DNA of 64,000 nucleotides from a virus: IMG/VR virus record IMGVR_UViG_3300044712_000732, positions 317,776 to 381,775 of that record; one strand, 5' to 3'. Shown piece by piece: positions 9,854 to 19,553 of this stretch (position 1 is its first letter; each line of letters starts with the position of its first letter). The notes under the pieces were generated by a model. It saw only the letters and a program-made list of their open reading frames with translations, ran no database searches and was not told where the DNA came from. The position numbers and the translations under genes were made by a program.

Positions 9854-10186
9854 TTGCATACGAAAAAATTAAAAATTTATTTGATTATTTTGGTGTTTAG
9901 TTTGGCATCATGTAATAAACTAAGACTAGATGTAATATCACCTAATGGTAAACAAACATCAACTAAAACTGATTATATTGGTGATGTAATAGTTAAAAAA
10001 ATAACAATAGAAGGTGAAGGTGATAGATATTGTCATTTTCTTGTTACTACTGAAGATAAAAATCGAAATAAAATACAATTTACTACACACGATTTAGTCT
10101 TTAACATTAATGATTCTATTCATATTGATGTTGCGAAAAAATTAGTCAGAAATATTAAAAATCATTCAATTATCTTTCTACATTAA
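9854..10186 (+). CDS. Putative lipoprotein. The start is uncertain: the track ORF begins at 9692, and a TTG at 9854 is one possibility.
   Basis: A hydrophobic signal ends in the lipobox LASC. The part upstream of the signal overlaps the Thg1-like gene on the other strand. Confidence 0.35.
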   Translation: MHTKKLKIYLIILVFSLASCNKLRLDVISPNGKQTSTKTDYIGDVIVKKITIEGEGDRYCHFLVTTEDKNRNKIQFTTHDLVFNINDSIHIDVAKKLVRNIKNHSIIFLH

Positions 10187-10224
10187 TGATTTCTTAATTT
10201 TTATATATAATAACAAAAACCAAA

Positions 10225-10971
10225 ATGAAAAGTTTTGAAAGTTTTAATAATTTTTACAAAGAATTTAGATTTTATCCTTATGATTCCTATGATTTTGACA
10301 CCAATCAAAAAATATTAATATTAAATGCCTATAAGAAAATAAAGGAAAATAAAGATTTATTTCCATATATGTACAAAGATTTAGATAATGAAAGAGAAGT
10401 CATATCTTTAAATGTAATATTGTTGGATAATGAAAAAGAAAAAAGATTATTTGAAATATTGTTAAAAATTGGCAACTCATTTAATATTGATTTTTATAAT
10501 AAATTATTTGATTTAAATTATAAAGTCTCTGATAAGATATTGAATGGAAATCCTAATTTATATGTGCCAAATTTTAGAAGTATTATTTCTTACGATTTTG
10601 ATGGTGTTCTACATAAATCTATAATCCCTGGTACTATACACCCATCTAATTATCCGGATTATGATAATTTTATTCCAAATTTAGAAATGATTGAACAATT
10701 AAATGAACAATCAAAAACGCACGATATTATAATTTTAACATCTAGGCAAAACTATGAAATTCCAAATCTTTGGATTTTTTCAAAAAAACACAAAATAAAT
10801 ATTACTGATATTTTTACAACTGATGGTGATACCATTAAAAAATCATATGTTTTAAAATCATTAAATGCAATAAAACATTATGATGATAATATAGCAATTA
10901 AAACTGATGTTGAAAAAAATGGAATAAAATTTGAATTTGTAAATACTAACCAATATTTTAATAAAAAATAA
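10225..10971 (+). CDS. HAD-superfamily phosphatase-like protein, 248 aa
   Basis: HAD motif I is DFDGVLH. The later motifs are ILTSR, a lysine in KSYVLK, and HYDDN. Confidence 0.5.
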   Translation: MKSFESFNNFYKEFRFYPYDSYDFDTNQKILILNAYKKIKENKDLFPYMYKDLDNEREVISLNVILLDNEKEKRLFEILLKIGNSFNIDFYNKLFDLNYKVSDKILNGNPNLYVPNFRSIISYDFDGVLHKSIIPGTIHPSNYPDYDNFIPNLEMIEQLNEQSKTHDIIILTSRQNYEIPNLWIFSKKHKINITDIFTTDGDTIKKSYVLKSLNAIKHYDDNIAIKTDVEKNGIKFEFVNTNQYFNKK

Positions 10972-11146
10972 ATTATGAAATTAAAAAATATCAAACTTAG
11001 TTGTGAAAAACTAAAGTATGCATACCCTAAAACTTATTATAGTTTTGAAGTTTTTGAATTACAGTTTATTAATACTAGTCAAGTTTGGAGTATTAATTTT
11101 ACAATTTTTAATATTTTTATGAAATTACAATATAATAAATAATAAA

Positions 11147-11359
11147 ATGAATGAAACATTAAAAAATGCTGGAAAAGAAATTTTAAAGTATTTATTGGCA
11201 CAATGCACTGAATGTCAACAAATGATGTTTAAGCGAATGTACAGCCATAAGAATTTGGAACTTCCAATAAATGATGTTGTGGACCAAATATCAGATGATA
11301 AAATTGATTGGGCAATTTCACAATGTGAAAGAACTGTAGAAAAAAATTCCAAGCCATAG
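11147..11359 (+). CDS. Hypothetical protein, 70 aa
   Basis: Plausible composition. Lies just downstream of the 3' end of tnpB on the opposite strand. Confidence 0.35.
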   Translation: MNETLKNAGKEILKYLLAQCTECQQMMFKRMYSHKNLELPINDVVDQISDDKIDWAISQCERTVEKNSKP

Positions 11360-11385
11360 AGTGTTGTAAAAAATTAAAATAATTT

Positions 11386-12627
11386 TTACTTTTCAATTTT
11401 AATGATTGATGGAACAACACCAAGTCCCACTATCCCATCAGCAAATGCGTTTGGGATTGCTTTTCTAAGAATATTATAACTACCATTAACATCAGCATTG
11501 ATTTTTTTATCACTACCTTTAATTTTATAAATACCCCTCGATTCCCGATAGCCACTAAATTCATATTTAGTGTTATCTTCCTTTTTATAGGTAGGTATTG
11601 GATCAAGATTAAGGAATGATGCTTTAGAAGTATAACTTTCTTCGTTTATAATATAATTAATACCATTTCTTTCGCATTTATATTTTAACATATCTATAAA
11701 TCTACTATGTGGTATAGAAACAAAATTTTGATTGGTTTTTTTGCTTAAATCAACTTCTTGTTTCCAGTTATCATTTTTTCCAATGATAAGTGTGTTTATT
11801 TTATTTTCTATTAATATTTCTACTATTTTTTTAGAACTTTTATGTAAATAATTATCTATTTTATTTTTTCTTTTTAATGTTAATTTATTTAATTTCTTTG
11901 ATTTTTTACATTTATTTCTGATTTCTAATATGGAACTAATTTCTGATCTTTTTTTATTATAAAATTGATTCATTGATTTGAGTGGTTTACCATTTATAAT
12001 CATAGGATTAAATTTTATATCATTGCTAGTTAATGTAACCAAATTGTTTATGCCTAAGTCAATAGCCATATATTTGTTGTTATTTTCTAATTTTGGTGTA
12101 TCTACTATTGTATAAACCAATTCAACAACATAATAACCGATTTTAGGTACAATTCTTACACAATCAACGATTTCAAATTTATCTATTTTTGTTTTAAATT
12201 CTATGTTTGATAGACTCAATTTAATTTTATTGGTTTTCTTAAATACTTTTTTTGAAATTGCTTGATTGGTGTAACTCGTTATAAACCTACCATCAACTTT
12301 ATCAAGATATTGTGGTAATCTTGGTCTAGCTTTAAACAAATGTGGATATTTATTATATGATTCCAATGCTTTAAAAAAAGATTTGAAATTTAAATTAACC
12401 ATTATTATTACACTTGATGAAACTTTAGCTGGAAGTTCTTTATATTCTTTGCTGTTCTTCATTAAATGATGTAATTTGCTTAAAACATTTACTTTATTCT
12501 TTATCCATTCTTGTCGCACTACATACAAACAACAATTATATAAATTCTTAGATTTAAAACATAATTCATCACATTCTTTATAATATTTATCATTATCCTT
12601 TATTATGTGTTGTTCGACTAATTGCAT
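11386..12627 (-). CDS. tnpB: TnpB (IS200/IS605 OrfB, RuvC-like RNA-guided nuclease family), 413 aa. No TnpA is present.
   Basis: RuvC-I is AIDLGINNL, RuvC-II is EESYTSKAS and RuvC-III is NADVNGSYNI. There are no cysteines between RuvC-II and RuvC-III, so the usual zinc finger is absent. Confidence 0.75.
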   Translation of the reverse strand: MQLVEQHIIKDNDKYYKECDELCFKSKNLYNCCLYVVRQEWIKNKVNVLSKLHHLMKNSKEYKELPAKVSSSVIIMVNLNFKSFFKALESYNKYPHLFKARPRLPQYLDKVDGRFITSYTNQAISKKVFKKTNKIKLSLSNIEFKTKIDKFEIVDCVRIVPKIGYYVVELVYTIVDTPKLENNNKYMAIDLGINNLVTLTSNDIKFNPMIINGKPLKSMNQFYNKKRSEISSILEIRNKCKKSKKLNKLTLKRKNKIDNYLHKSSKKIVEILIENKINTLIIGKNDNWKQEVDLSKKTNQNFVSIPHSRFIDMLKYKCERNGINYIINEESYTSKASFLNLDPIPTYKKEDNTKYEFSGYRESRGIYKIKGSDKKINADVNGSYNILRKAIPNAFADGIVGLGVVPSIIKIEK

Positions 12628-12690
12628 TTTTTATGTCTATATAGACCGTTTTATTTCTATATATAAATAAAAAAATATCAGTTTTTTTCA

Positions 12691-13104
12691 TTAGAAATTG
12701 ATTGTTATGGTTTTTGTTAAAAAATCAATTTCCACATCATCAATAGAAATTGTTGTTTTAATATTTTCTAAGTCAGTTACAATTTTGAAATTTTCAATTT
12801 TATTATCAAATTCATATTCTTTTTCTGTGTCTTGATCTTCACCCCATATAATAACCAATATGTTTCCTTTGATGTCTAATATTTCAACATCTATATTTTT
12901 AACACCATATTCACGTACATCAAAATTTAATTTCCATGAAATTTGAAAATCAGAACTATCATCAAAATTGTCGTTTTCTTCTAAATCTATTTTGGCTTTA
13001 TCCCAATTTCTAATTGCTGATAAGTCAGCTTTAATTTTTGTAGAAAAAACAAAACCTTCATCTGTATATTGTTGTTCCAATAAAAAATCATTGAATTTTT
13101 TCAT
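12691..13104 (-). CDS. Hypothetical acidic protein, 137 aa
   Basis: ORF. Confidence 0.5.
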   Translation of the reverse strand: MKKFNDFLLEQQYTDEGFVFSTKIKADLSAIRNWDKAKIDLEENDNFDDSSDFQISWKLNFDVREYGVKNIDVEILDIKGNILVIIWGEDQDTEKEYEFDNKIENFKIVTDLENIKTTISIDDVEIDFLTKTITINF

Positions 13105-13160
13105 ATTACACTTTTTTCTGTATATATAAAAAAATTCAATGATTATTTGTACTTGGACAT

Positions 13161-13478
13161 TTACTTGGACATAATGTCCAAGTCTATTACTTCAATTTTT
13201 TCAAAAGTGGTATCTTTATATCGAATTAATTCCCCACAATATTCACAAATATCAGCAGGTTGACTACACCCAATTCTCCAGGAATAATTTCCTACGAAAG
13301 TTTTTTCATGTTTACAAATTGATCTTAATTCAGCAAGTCTATCTTGTGACATTTTTATTTGATCATACATCAACTGTTTTTCTGTTTTTATTTCTTCGTT
13401 TGTCATGTTATTTTTTATAATTATTGGATCCATCAAATACAACAGCATAAGTAAAATGAAATTCATCTTTATTTCCAA
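13161..13478 (-). CDS. Hypothetical protein with a C-terminal zinc-ribbon-like CxxC...CxxC, 105 aa
   Basis: CKHE...C...CEYCG. Confidence 0.45.
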   Translation of the reverse strand: MEIKMNFILLMLLYLMDPIIIKNNMTNEEIKTEKQLMYDQIKMSQDRLAELRSICKHEKTFVGNYSWRIGCSQPADICEYCGELIRYKDTTFEKIEVIDLDIMSK

Positions 13479-13638
13479 AACTTTTTACGATATGAAGATT
13501 ATAAATATAATTTAATTTTAAATTATTTAATCGTTCTATATTTCATAAATTTTCATTTTAAATTTCCCAAATATATAATTTTTTTTACAAATCCTAATAA
13601 TTATTACAAAATATTTTTAAAAAATAAAAACAAATATT

Positions 13639-13875
13639 TTATGATTTTACTTTAAAATATTTTTCACAATAATATTCTTTACATTTGTGTGGTTTATTGT
13701 CATTAATTTGACATTTGTTGTCTATGAAATATGGACATTCATCAGTCCAAATATATTCTCCGAAAACAATATGATCTTTAAACATATTTTTTTCATGATT
13801 TCCAGTTAAACGTAAAAGCCAATGTTTACTACAACATTCACCACAACCAATGCAATCAACTATCTGTTCTTCCAT
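13639..13875 (-). CDS. Cys-rich protein with a YkgJ-like CxxCxxCC motif, 78 aa
   Basis: CIGCGECC plus further Cys pairs. Confidence 0.45.
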   Translation of the reverse strand: MEEQIVDCIGCGECCSKHWLLRLTGNHEKNMFKDHIVFGEYIWTDECPYFIDNKCQINDNKPHKCKEYYCEKYFKVKS

Positions 13876-13933
13876 ATTAATAATTTAAGTTGTAAAAATA
13901 GATAATATATTTGATTATTAATAATTTTTTCAT

Positions 13934-13941
13934 TATCTTTG
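13934..13941 (+). promoter_or_regulatory. -7 box TATCTTTG
   Basis: CATTATCTTTGTG lies 20 nt upstream of ATG 13961. It begins a plus-strand gene block of more than 12 kb. Confidence 0.5.
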
Positions 13942-13960
13942 TGTGATCAAATAAAAAAAT

Positions 13961-14173
13961 ATGATTAAATATAAAGGTAGAAGTGGAAAATTCAATGTTT
14001 GGAAAGCTAAACCAAATGGTGATCCAATTGAAGGTACTGATTATTTAATGAATGCACCAAGTAAAAGATGGGCATTAAAGCATATTGCTTATGAAAATAA
14101 TGTTGTTCTACCACACAATTCTATGATAGTAAGATTACCAAGTGGTGAATTTTGGTGTGTTTCTGAATTATAA
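13961..14173 (+). CDS. Hypothetical protein, 70 aa
   Basis: ORF behind a promoter box. Confidence 0.5.
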   Translation: MIKYKGRSGKFNVWKAKPNGDPIEGTDYLMNAPSKRWALKHIAYENNVVLPHNSMIVRLPSGEFWCVSEL

Positions 14174-14178
14174 ATACT

Positions 14179-14511
14179 ATGAAAGACGAAAATGGTTTTG
14201 AAACTTGTGGATATGCAATTATCAAAAATTTTAATGATAATAATGATCCAAATCGAAAAAAATTAAAAATGTTTGTTCAGGAAAATATAGGTATTCTTAA
14301 AAAAAATTGGAATAATCAATATTCAGTTGAATATTCTAATGTTGCAGATGAATATTTAAAATTATTTTTACCGAAAAATATAAATATTGATGATCATAAT
14401 TTTTTAGCACCTGAAATATTTGTCGGTGATATAGAAAATGTATATTGGTCAAACAATATTGATGACCTAAAAATTATATTAAGAGCAAAAAAATATAATG
14501 TGTTTTTATAA
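14179..14511 (+). CDS. Hypothetical protein, 110 aa
   Basis: ORF. Confidence 0.5.
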   Translation: MKDENGFETCGYAIIKNFNDNNDPNRKKLKMFVQENIGILKKNWNNQYSVEYSNVADEYLKLFLPKNINIDDHNFLAPEIFVGDIENVYWSNNIDDLKIILRAKKYNVFL

Positions 14512-14536
14512 AGTAATAATCAAACAACTAAAAAAG

Positions 14537-15268
14537 ATGAAAACGAAAGAAACATCAACAAAAACGTTAATTGATTGTTCCAATTATTTGGGACAAGATT
14601 ATCCACGACTTACTACAAATATGTACGTACAATGTTTTAATGGTGATAAAGGAAAAATTGTATGGACTGATGGTCATCGGTTTAAATTAAACCAAGAACA
14701 CAATTTTTTACATCGAATCAATATGTTATCAAAGATGGATATCCAATTTTATAGAGAATTGGATTCTAATGAAAAATTGGCATTTAAATGGTGGAATAAA
14801 TTATCATTAGATAAACAGACATCTTTATATAAAGAATATTTTGGCGCAAATCGTTTGGTTGTTTTTCCTGATGAAATCGAAAAAATTTGGAAAGATAAAT
14901 TACAAGAAGATTCATCATCTTTTGAATATCGTATAATGGATGATGGTAGTAATTATAATGAAGTATTTAAATATGCTGAAAATAGACCGATTAATCAGAA
15001 ACAATTTACAACATTCGATTATGATAGATTCAAATCATATATCAACAAATTTAGCAATGAAGACAAAGGAAAAATATTTAGATTAATGTTTAATCTTTGT
15101 CCTGATGTGAATAAACATCAAGAAGGATTTTCTGATGAATTTTACACAATTGTTTGTCAAGCATTTAATGCTGGTAAGCAATCTATATTGAATCAAAAAG
15201 ATGGTAAAGAATTTCAATCTTCTGATTCTTATTATTTGAATAATTTTGGTCAACAAACAATTCTATAA
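14537..15268 (+). CDS. Hypothetical protein. The likely start is the Met at 14537 (the track ORF begins at 14498).
   Basis: Long ORF. Confidence 0.5.
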   Translation: MKTKETSTKTLIDCSNYLGQDYPRLTTNMYVQCFNGDKGKIVWTDGHRFKLNQEHNFLHRINMLSKMDIQFYRELDSNEKLAFKWWNKLSLDKQTSLYKEYFGANRLVVFPDEIEKIWKDKLQEDSSSFEYRIMDDGSNYNEVFKYAENRPINQKQFTTFDYDRFKSYINKFSNEDKGKIFRLMFNLCPDVNKHQEGFSDEFYTIVCQAFNAGKQSILNQKDGKEFQSSDSYYLNNFGQQTIL

Positions 15269-15473
15269 TATGAAAAAATCAACTAAAGTTTTAATTTATA
15301 TTTTTGTAGTTACAGTAATTACAATAATATTTTCTTTTTTTAGAATAAATGTTGCAATTTGTATTGGGCTTGCTACTACATTTTGTCTTATCGCTTGGTA
15401 TATATTTGAATTACTAAAAGAATTCGTTGATAGTTATATTAAAGAAAAAGAAAATAATTTTAAAATAAAATGA
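15246..15473 (+). CDS. Small membrane protein, 75 aa
   Basis: Two hydrophobic helices. Confidence 0.4.
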   Translation: MVNKQFYNMKKSTKVLIYIFVVTVITIIFSFFRINVAICIGLATTFCLIAWYIFELLKEFVDSYIKEKENNFKIK

Positions 15474-16537
15474 TAAATTTTCTAACAGACAAAGATAAGA
15501 TCGAAGCTAACGCTATGTCTATAATAGAATCATTATATGACGAAGAATATATTATAGACATAGATATTTTTCCTGATGTTCATATATCAACAATGGAAGC
15601 AATTCCAGTTGGTGTTGCATTTACATCATTTGATGATGTAGTATATCCATTAATTTCGGGGAAAGATATTGGATGTGGTGTTGCATTTTGTAGTATTCCT
15701 AAGAAAATGTTTTTGAAAAAAATTGAAAAATCCAACATTTATAAAGCATTTTATCAGGCACATTTAACGTTTACAGATGAAGGATTGGGTGGTGGAAATC
15801 ATTTTTTGAGTATTGAAGAAGATGATGAATATATTTATTTTATTTGCCACACAGGAACTAGAAATAACGGTATTGCATTTTATCAAAAAACATTACACCT
15901 TCTTGATATGTATAACCAAGAAGTAAATAAAAATGTGAAATACATTGAAACCGAATATCTTTACAAAAACGATAAATTATTTTTTACTGAATATAATAAA
16001 TTGTTAGATTATGGTAAAAAAAGACGATATGGATTTATTTCAAACACAGTTAATTGGTTTATTAATAATGGACATTTAGAAAAAAATGTAGATTTAGAAA
16101 TATTCGATTCTATTCATAATTATTTTGAATTTAGTGGTGATGGTTCGGTTATTCACAGGAAAGGTGTAAGTGGCATTGTAGATAACAATATTGTAGCTTG
16201 TCCAATTTCAATGTTACGAGGAACTTTTTTTGTTAGAAAAAATTCGAATTCTAAGAATACGTGGTCAGCTACAAATAATTCTTGCGCACATGGTGCTGGT
16301 CGTAGTATGAGTAGAGCTGATGCTATCAATTATTGGTATAATACATTAAAAAACAAAGAACGAAAATGGTACTATGAAAATTATTCTGAATATATGAATA
16401 ATGGGGAATTTTCAAAAGATATTGTATCCGAATTTGATTTTGCATATAAAACAACTGATGAATGGTTGAAAAATCAACCACATATAACGAAAGTTACAAG
16501 TACAAAACCTATAATGACAATCAAATTTATTTTTTAA
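15470..16537 (+). CDS. rtcB: RtcB-family RNA ligase (short form, 355 aa)
   Basis: FPDVHIS, GKDIGCGVA, GGGNHFLSIEE and CAHGAGRSMSR are the signature RtcB metal-binding, GMP-histidine and catalytic motifs. Confidence 0.75.
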   Translation: MINFLTDKDKIEANAMSIIESLYDEEYIIDIDIFPDVHISTMEAIPVGVAFTSFDDVVYPLISGKDIGCGVAFCSIPKKMFLKKIEKSNIYKAFYQAHLTFTDEGLGGGNHFLSIEEDDEYIYFICHTGTRNNGIAFYQKTLHLLDMYNQEVNKNVKYIETEYLYKNDKLFFTEYNKLLDYGKKRRYGFISNTVNWFINNGHLEKNVDLEIFDSIHNYFEFSGDGSVIHRKGVSGIVDNNIVACPISMLRGTFFVRKNSNSKNTWSATNNSCAHGAGRSMSRADAINYWYNTLKNKERKWYYENYSEYMNNGEFSKDIVSEFDFAYKTTDEWLKNQPHITKVTSTKPIMTIKFIF

Positions 16538-16538
16538 T

Positions 16539-16817
16539 ATGAGAAAAGGCAAGGAATTAGATTATTGGGAAACATTGGACCGGGATGCTGATCAAAAATT
16601 CGAAGAATTGACCCAACAATGTTTAAATGGTGAATTGACAGTTGATCAAATGTGGAATGAACTAAGTAAAGTTCAATATGATTATCCAGATTCGGATATT
16701 ACTAAAGAACCATTAAATAAAGTTTTTGACTTTATTGCTGAAAACAGATTAATGTCAGATGATGATGCATTGAAATCATATCGAAAAAATTATTACGATT
16801 GCCGCCGAATATTTTAA
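16539..16817 (+). CDS. Hypothetical protein, 92 aa
   Basis: ORF, then a terminator. Confidence 0.5.
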   Translation: MRKGKELDYWETLDRDADQKFEELTQQCLNGELTVDQMWNELSKVQYDYPDSDITKEPLNKVFDFIAENRLMSDDDALKSYRKNYYDCRRIF

Positions 16818-16828
16818 CGAACATTTAA

Positions 16829-16856
16829 AAACGATCAGTGATCGTTTTTTTTTTGC
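16829..16856 (+). terminator. Rho-independent terminator
   Basis: ACGATCAGTGATCGT followed by a T10 run. Confidence 0.6.
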
Positions 16857-16890
16857 AATAAATTTGGATAATTAAAATAATTGCTTATGT

Positions 16891-17091
16891 TTGCTTCTAA
16901 TAAAAAATAATTTTTACATTATGATGATATTTAAGAAACATATCGGATATTTAATTGTAATATTAATACAAATATTATTTATAATTGTGTTGTGTTTAGA
17001 TATTGGATTTTGGTTAGGTATATTAAGTTATATTTTTATATTGATATTACTTTTTGCCTTTATTCGATTATTAATTTGGCTTTTTAAATAA
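16891..17091 (+). CDS. Small hydrophobic protein, 66 aa
   Basis: Almost entirely transmembrane. Confidence 0.35.
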   Translation: MLLIKNNFYIMMIFKKHIGYLIVILIQILFIIVLCLDIGFWLGILSYIFILILLFAFIRLLIWLFK

Positions 17092-17110
17092 TTAATTAAA
17101 ATATAAAACT

Positions 17111-17464
17111 ATGAAATTTACAAAATCACAACTTTTTTGGTTATCAACAATATTATTTGTTGCTGCGTGGGGGTTATTTGCATATCTTTGGAATGTTGGA
17201 TTTCCTTATGATACTTTTGTTGCTGATAATAATTTATATGAAGGAAAATATATGTTTGGATCAATGCATATTATATTTAATTTTATATTTGTTATAGGTA
17301 TTATTGTTGGATACTTTGCTATGTTGCTTGGTATATTTGATAAAGATTATACATATCTTGATAAAATTTTAATTGATAAAAAATTAAAGAGTAAAAATCA
17401 TTATGATGATGATGATTGTGTTAAATTAATCAAATTAGCTGAAGAAAAATCCACAAAATATTAA
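17111..17464 (+). CDS. Membrane protein, 117 aa
   Basis: Two transmembrane segments. Confidence 0.5.
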   Translation: MKFTKSQLFWLSTILFVAAWGLFAYLWNVGFPYDTFVADNNLYEGKYMFGSMHIIFNFIFVIGIIVGYFAMLLGIFDKDYTYLDKILIDKKLKSKNHYDDDDCVKLIKLAEEKSTKY

Positions 17465-17474
17465 AAGTAAAAAT

Positions 17475-17810
17475 ATGAAAGCAATTGAAGCAAGAAATAA
17501 TTCAATAAAAAATAAAAATAAATTTTCAAATATAAACAAAATTTATGCTAAAATAAATGAAGCAATTGAATATGGCTGGTCTTATGCTTTTATTAATGAA
17601 TTTAACATAACTAGCACTGAAAAAGAAATCTTAGAAAAAGATGGATATTTTGTGGATACTGCACATACTAACGGATTTTGTATAAGGTGGTATGAATGTG
17701 ATAAAGAATATTTTCTGAAAATAATTGAAAATAATAAAAAATATGGATACTTGAAAATTGATGATGAAGTTATAGTAAATTATCTGATTCTTCAAGAATT
17801 TGAGAAATAA
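17475..17810 (+). CDS. Hypothetical protein, 111 aa
   Basis: ORF, then a terminator. Confidence 0.5.
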   Translation: MKAIEARNNSIKNKNKFSNINKIYAKINEAIEYGWSYAFINEFNITSTEKEILEKDGYFVDTAHTNGFCIRWYECDKEYFLKIIENNKKYGYLKIDDEVIVNYLILQEFEK

Positions 17811-17812
17811 AA

Positions 17813-17834
17813 AAAGAGCACTATGCTCTTTTTA
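17813..17834 (+). terminator. Rho-independent terminator
   Basis: AGAGCACTATGCTCT followed by TTTT. Confidence 0.55.
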
Positions 17835-18092
17835 TTACCTTTAACCACTTATTTCTTTGGTGGTTCGGGTTTTTTAAATGGATCCTCCACCGGTGGGAGG
17901 GGGATGCGAGGTGGTTCACCACCTTTAGTTACCATCATTTCGAAATCATTCATTACTTGAACATTTTCGCAAAAATCACATAATTTGTTTTTCATACTTA
18001 ATTGTTTTTTTAAATATTTATAATTTATGAGATTACAAATATAAACATTTATATTTAAAAAACAAAAAGGTTTAAACTAATTAATTATTAAT

Positions 18093-18653
18093 TTAAACTT
18101 TTTTAGAAAATTTTTCAATTTTATCTTTAACATTGTCTATCATTGAAGTTACCATCAATCTATCCTGATGTGTCTGTTTATTTATTCTTTCCCATTCAAG
18201 TATTTCTGAATATTGTTTTTGATAACTTTCTAATGTTAAATTAAGTTTTTGTAATTTTTCAGATTTTGGATCAAGTTTTACTTGATTTGGTTTTATTCTT
18301 ATTAAACAATATTCTAAAAATAACATCATACTAATATAACGCCAGGTTTTTTTCGATTGTCTATGCATATCATTAGGACATTTCTTAAATAGTTTTTTAT
18401 TGTCGTATGTTATATACAATAAAAAATATGATTCATTAAAAACATCTCGAGTTTTTTCATAAACTAATTCAAAATTAAGCAATTTATTATGATATGTTAG
18501 GTCATTATGTTTAACACATATTTTATTGTTTATGATATCAACAATACATCGTCTATAAGAATTTTTAATAAAATCAAAAATTATTGGTTCAAGTTCATTA
18601 TACAACTTAGCATTTTGTTTTTTCCGAATGTACTTTTTAATAAACCCAATCAT
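18093..18653 (-). CDS. Hypothetical protein, 186 aa
   Basis: Long ORF with a minus-strand promoter cassette upstream. Confidence 0.5.
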   Translation of the reverse strand: MIGFIKKYIRKKQNAKLYNELEPIIFDFIKNSYRRCIVDIINNKICVKHNDLTYHNKLLNFELVYEKTRDVFNESYFLLYITYDNKKLFKKCPNDMHRQSKKTWRYISMMLFLEYCLIRIKPNQVKLDPKSEKLQKLNLTLESYQKQYSEILEWERINKQTHQDRLMVTSMIDNVKDKIEKFSKKV

Positions 18654-18681
18654 ATCGTTGTTGTTTTAATTATTATGAGTG

Positions 18682-18689
18682 CAAAGATA
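18682..18689 (-). promoter_or_regulatory. -7 box TATCTTTG on the minus strand (cassette copy)
   Basis: The minus strand reads TTTTATATCTTTGCACTCATAATAATTAAAACAACAACGATATG. Confidence 0.55.
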
Positions 18690-18754
18690 TAAAAATATTT
18701 TTTAATATAAAACTTATTCTAGTTTTTTTAATATAATCTTAAAAATTAAATGTT

Positions 18755-19108
18755 ATGGCTAAAATTAATTTTAAAACTGAAATGGATGTTGATGAACTTT
18801 ATGAATGTTTATCATATCATGAAAAATATGAATTATCAAATAAACTAATCGAAGATAAGCAATATGATTTGGATAATTTTTATTATTCATTAAATTCAGA
18901 CAATAAAACTGAATTAAGAGATAAATTATATAATGACAATTTCTTAATTCAACCTGAATACGATAATGATGATATTAAAAAATATCTAATAGATAATGAT
19001 AAATTTAATGATTCAATATTAAAATTACTTGGTAAATCACATATGTTGACCTATGGTGAATCTGAATGGTTAATTGGTCTATCTGAAAAATATAAATATT
19101 TTGATTAA
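18755..19108 (+). CDS. Hypothetical protein, 117 aa
   Basis: ORF. Confidence 0.5.
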   Translation: MAKINFKTEMDVDELYECLSYHEKYELSNKLIEDKQYDLDNFYYSLNSDNKTELRDKLYNDNFLIQPEYDNDDIKKYLIDNDKFNDSILKLLGKSHMLTYGESEWLIGLSEKYKYFD

Positions 19109-19133
19109 TTATTGTTTATTCAATTATTTTTCG

Positions 19134-19141
19134 TATCTTTG
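19134..19141 (+). promoter_or_regulatory. -7 box TATCTTTG (cassette copy)
   Basis: TTTTTCGTATCTTTGTTGCATAAATACTAAAAATAATG. Confidence 0.5.
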
Positions 19142-19161
19142 TTGCATAAATACTAAAAATA

Positions 19162-19350
19162 ATGGAAGCAACTACATTTCCTTTCTTTTCACAGTTTAGC
19201 AAAGAACAAATGAAAAACCAATATCGTGCAAATTTGGTTGGTTTGAAAAAAATGTTAGCAAAATCTGAACAAACAGGTAAAAAAGTAAATGGTTACACCA
19301 TTGATCAATTAAAAGAAATTGTCATTCAATACACCGAATTAGCAAAATAA
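19162..19350 (+). CDS. Hypothetical protein, 62 aa
   Basis: ORF behind the cassette. Confidence 0.45.
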   Translation: MEATTFPFFSQFSKEQMKNQYRANLVGLKKMLAKSEQTGKKVNGYTIDQLKEIVIQYTELAK

Positions 19351-19358
19351 ATTCATTT

Positions 19359-19553
19359 ATGAAAACAGAAGAAGATTTAAAAATAGAATATCTTGAAAAA
19401 TTAGGATATCTTGAAAAATTGATGAAAAATTTAAATACACCTAAAGAAATTTTTAAATTAAATTTACGTGTAGCATTTAAATTATTCTTTGTGCCAATCT
19501 CAATTGCGATTGTAATAATTTTAATTTTTGAATTCTTATCAAAATCATTTTAA
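19359..19553 (+). CDS. Small protein with a C-terminal transmembrane segment, 64 aa
   Basis: ORF. Confidence 0.4.
   Translation: MKTEEDLKIEYLEKLGYLEKLMKNLNTPKEIFKLNLRVAFKLFFVPISIAIVIILIFEFLSKSF

Larger units (their letters stand above)
11100..12700 (-). mobile_element. IS200/IS605-family (IS1341-like) tnpB-only element. Boundaries are approximate.
   Basis: The tnpB gene. A 12-bp perfect palindrome GTCTATATAGAC at 12634-12645 may be the left-end hairpin. An ωRNA is expected to overlap the 3' end of tnpB and the downstream 100-250 nt. Confidence 0.4.

Noticed and set aside
11369-11392. An AT-only 7-bp hairpin spanning the tnpB stop codon, as a possible right-end structure.
   Set aside because: It is too AT-rich to separate from background. 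The right end and ωRNA need a covariance-model search, not inspection by eye.
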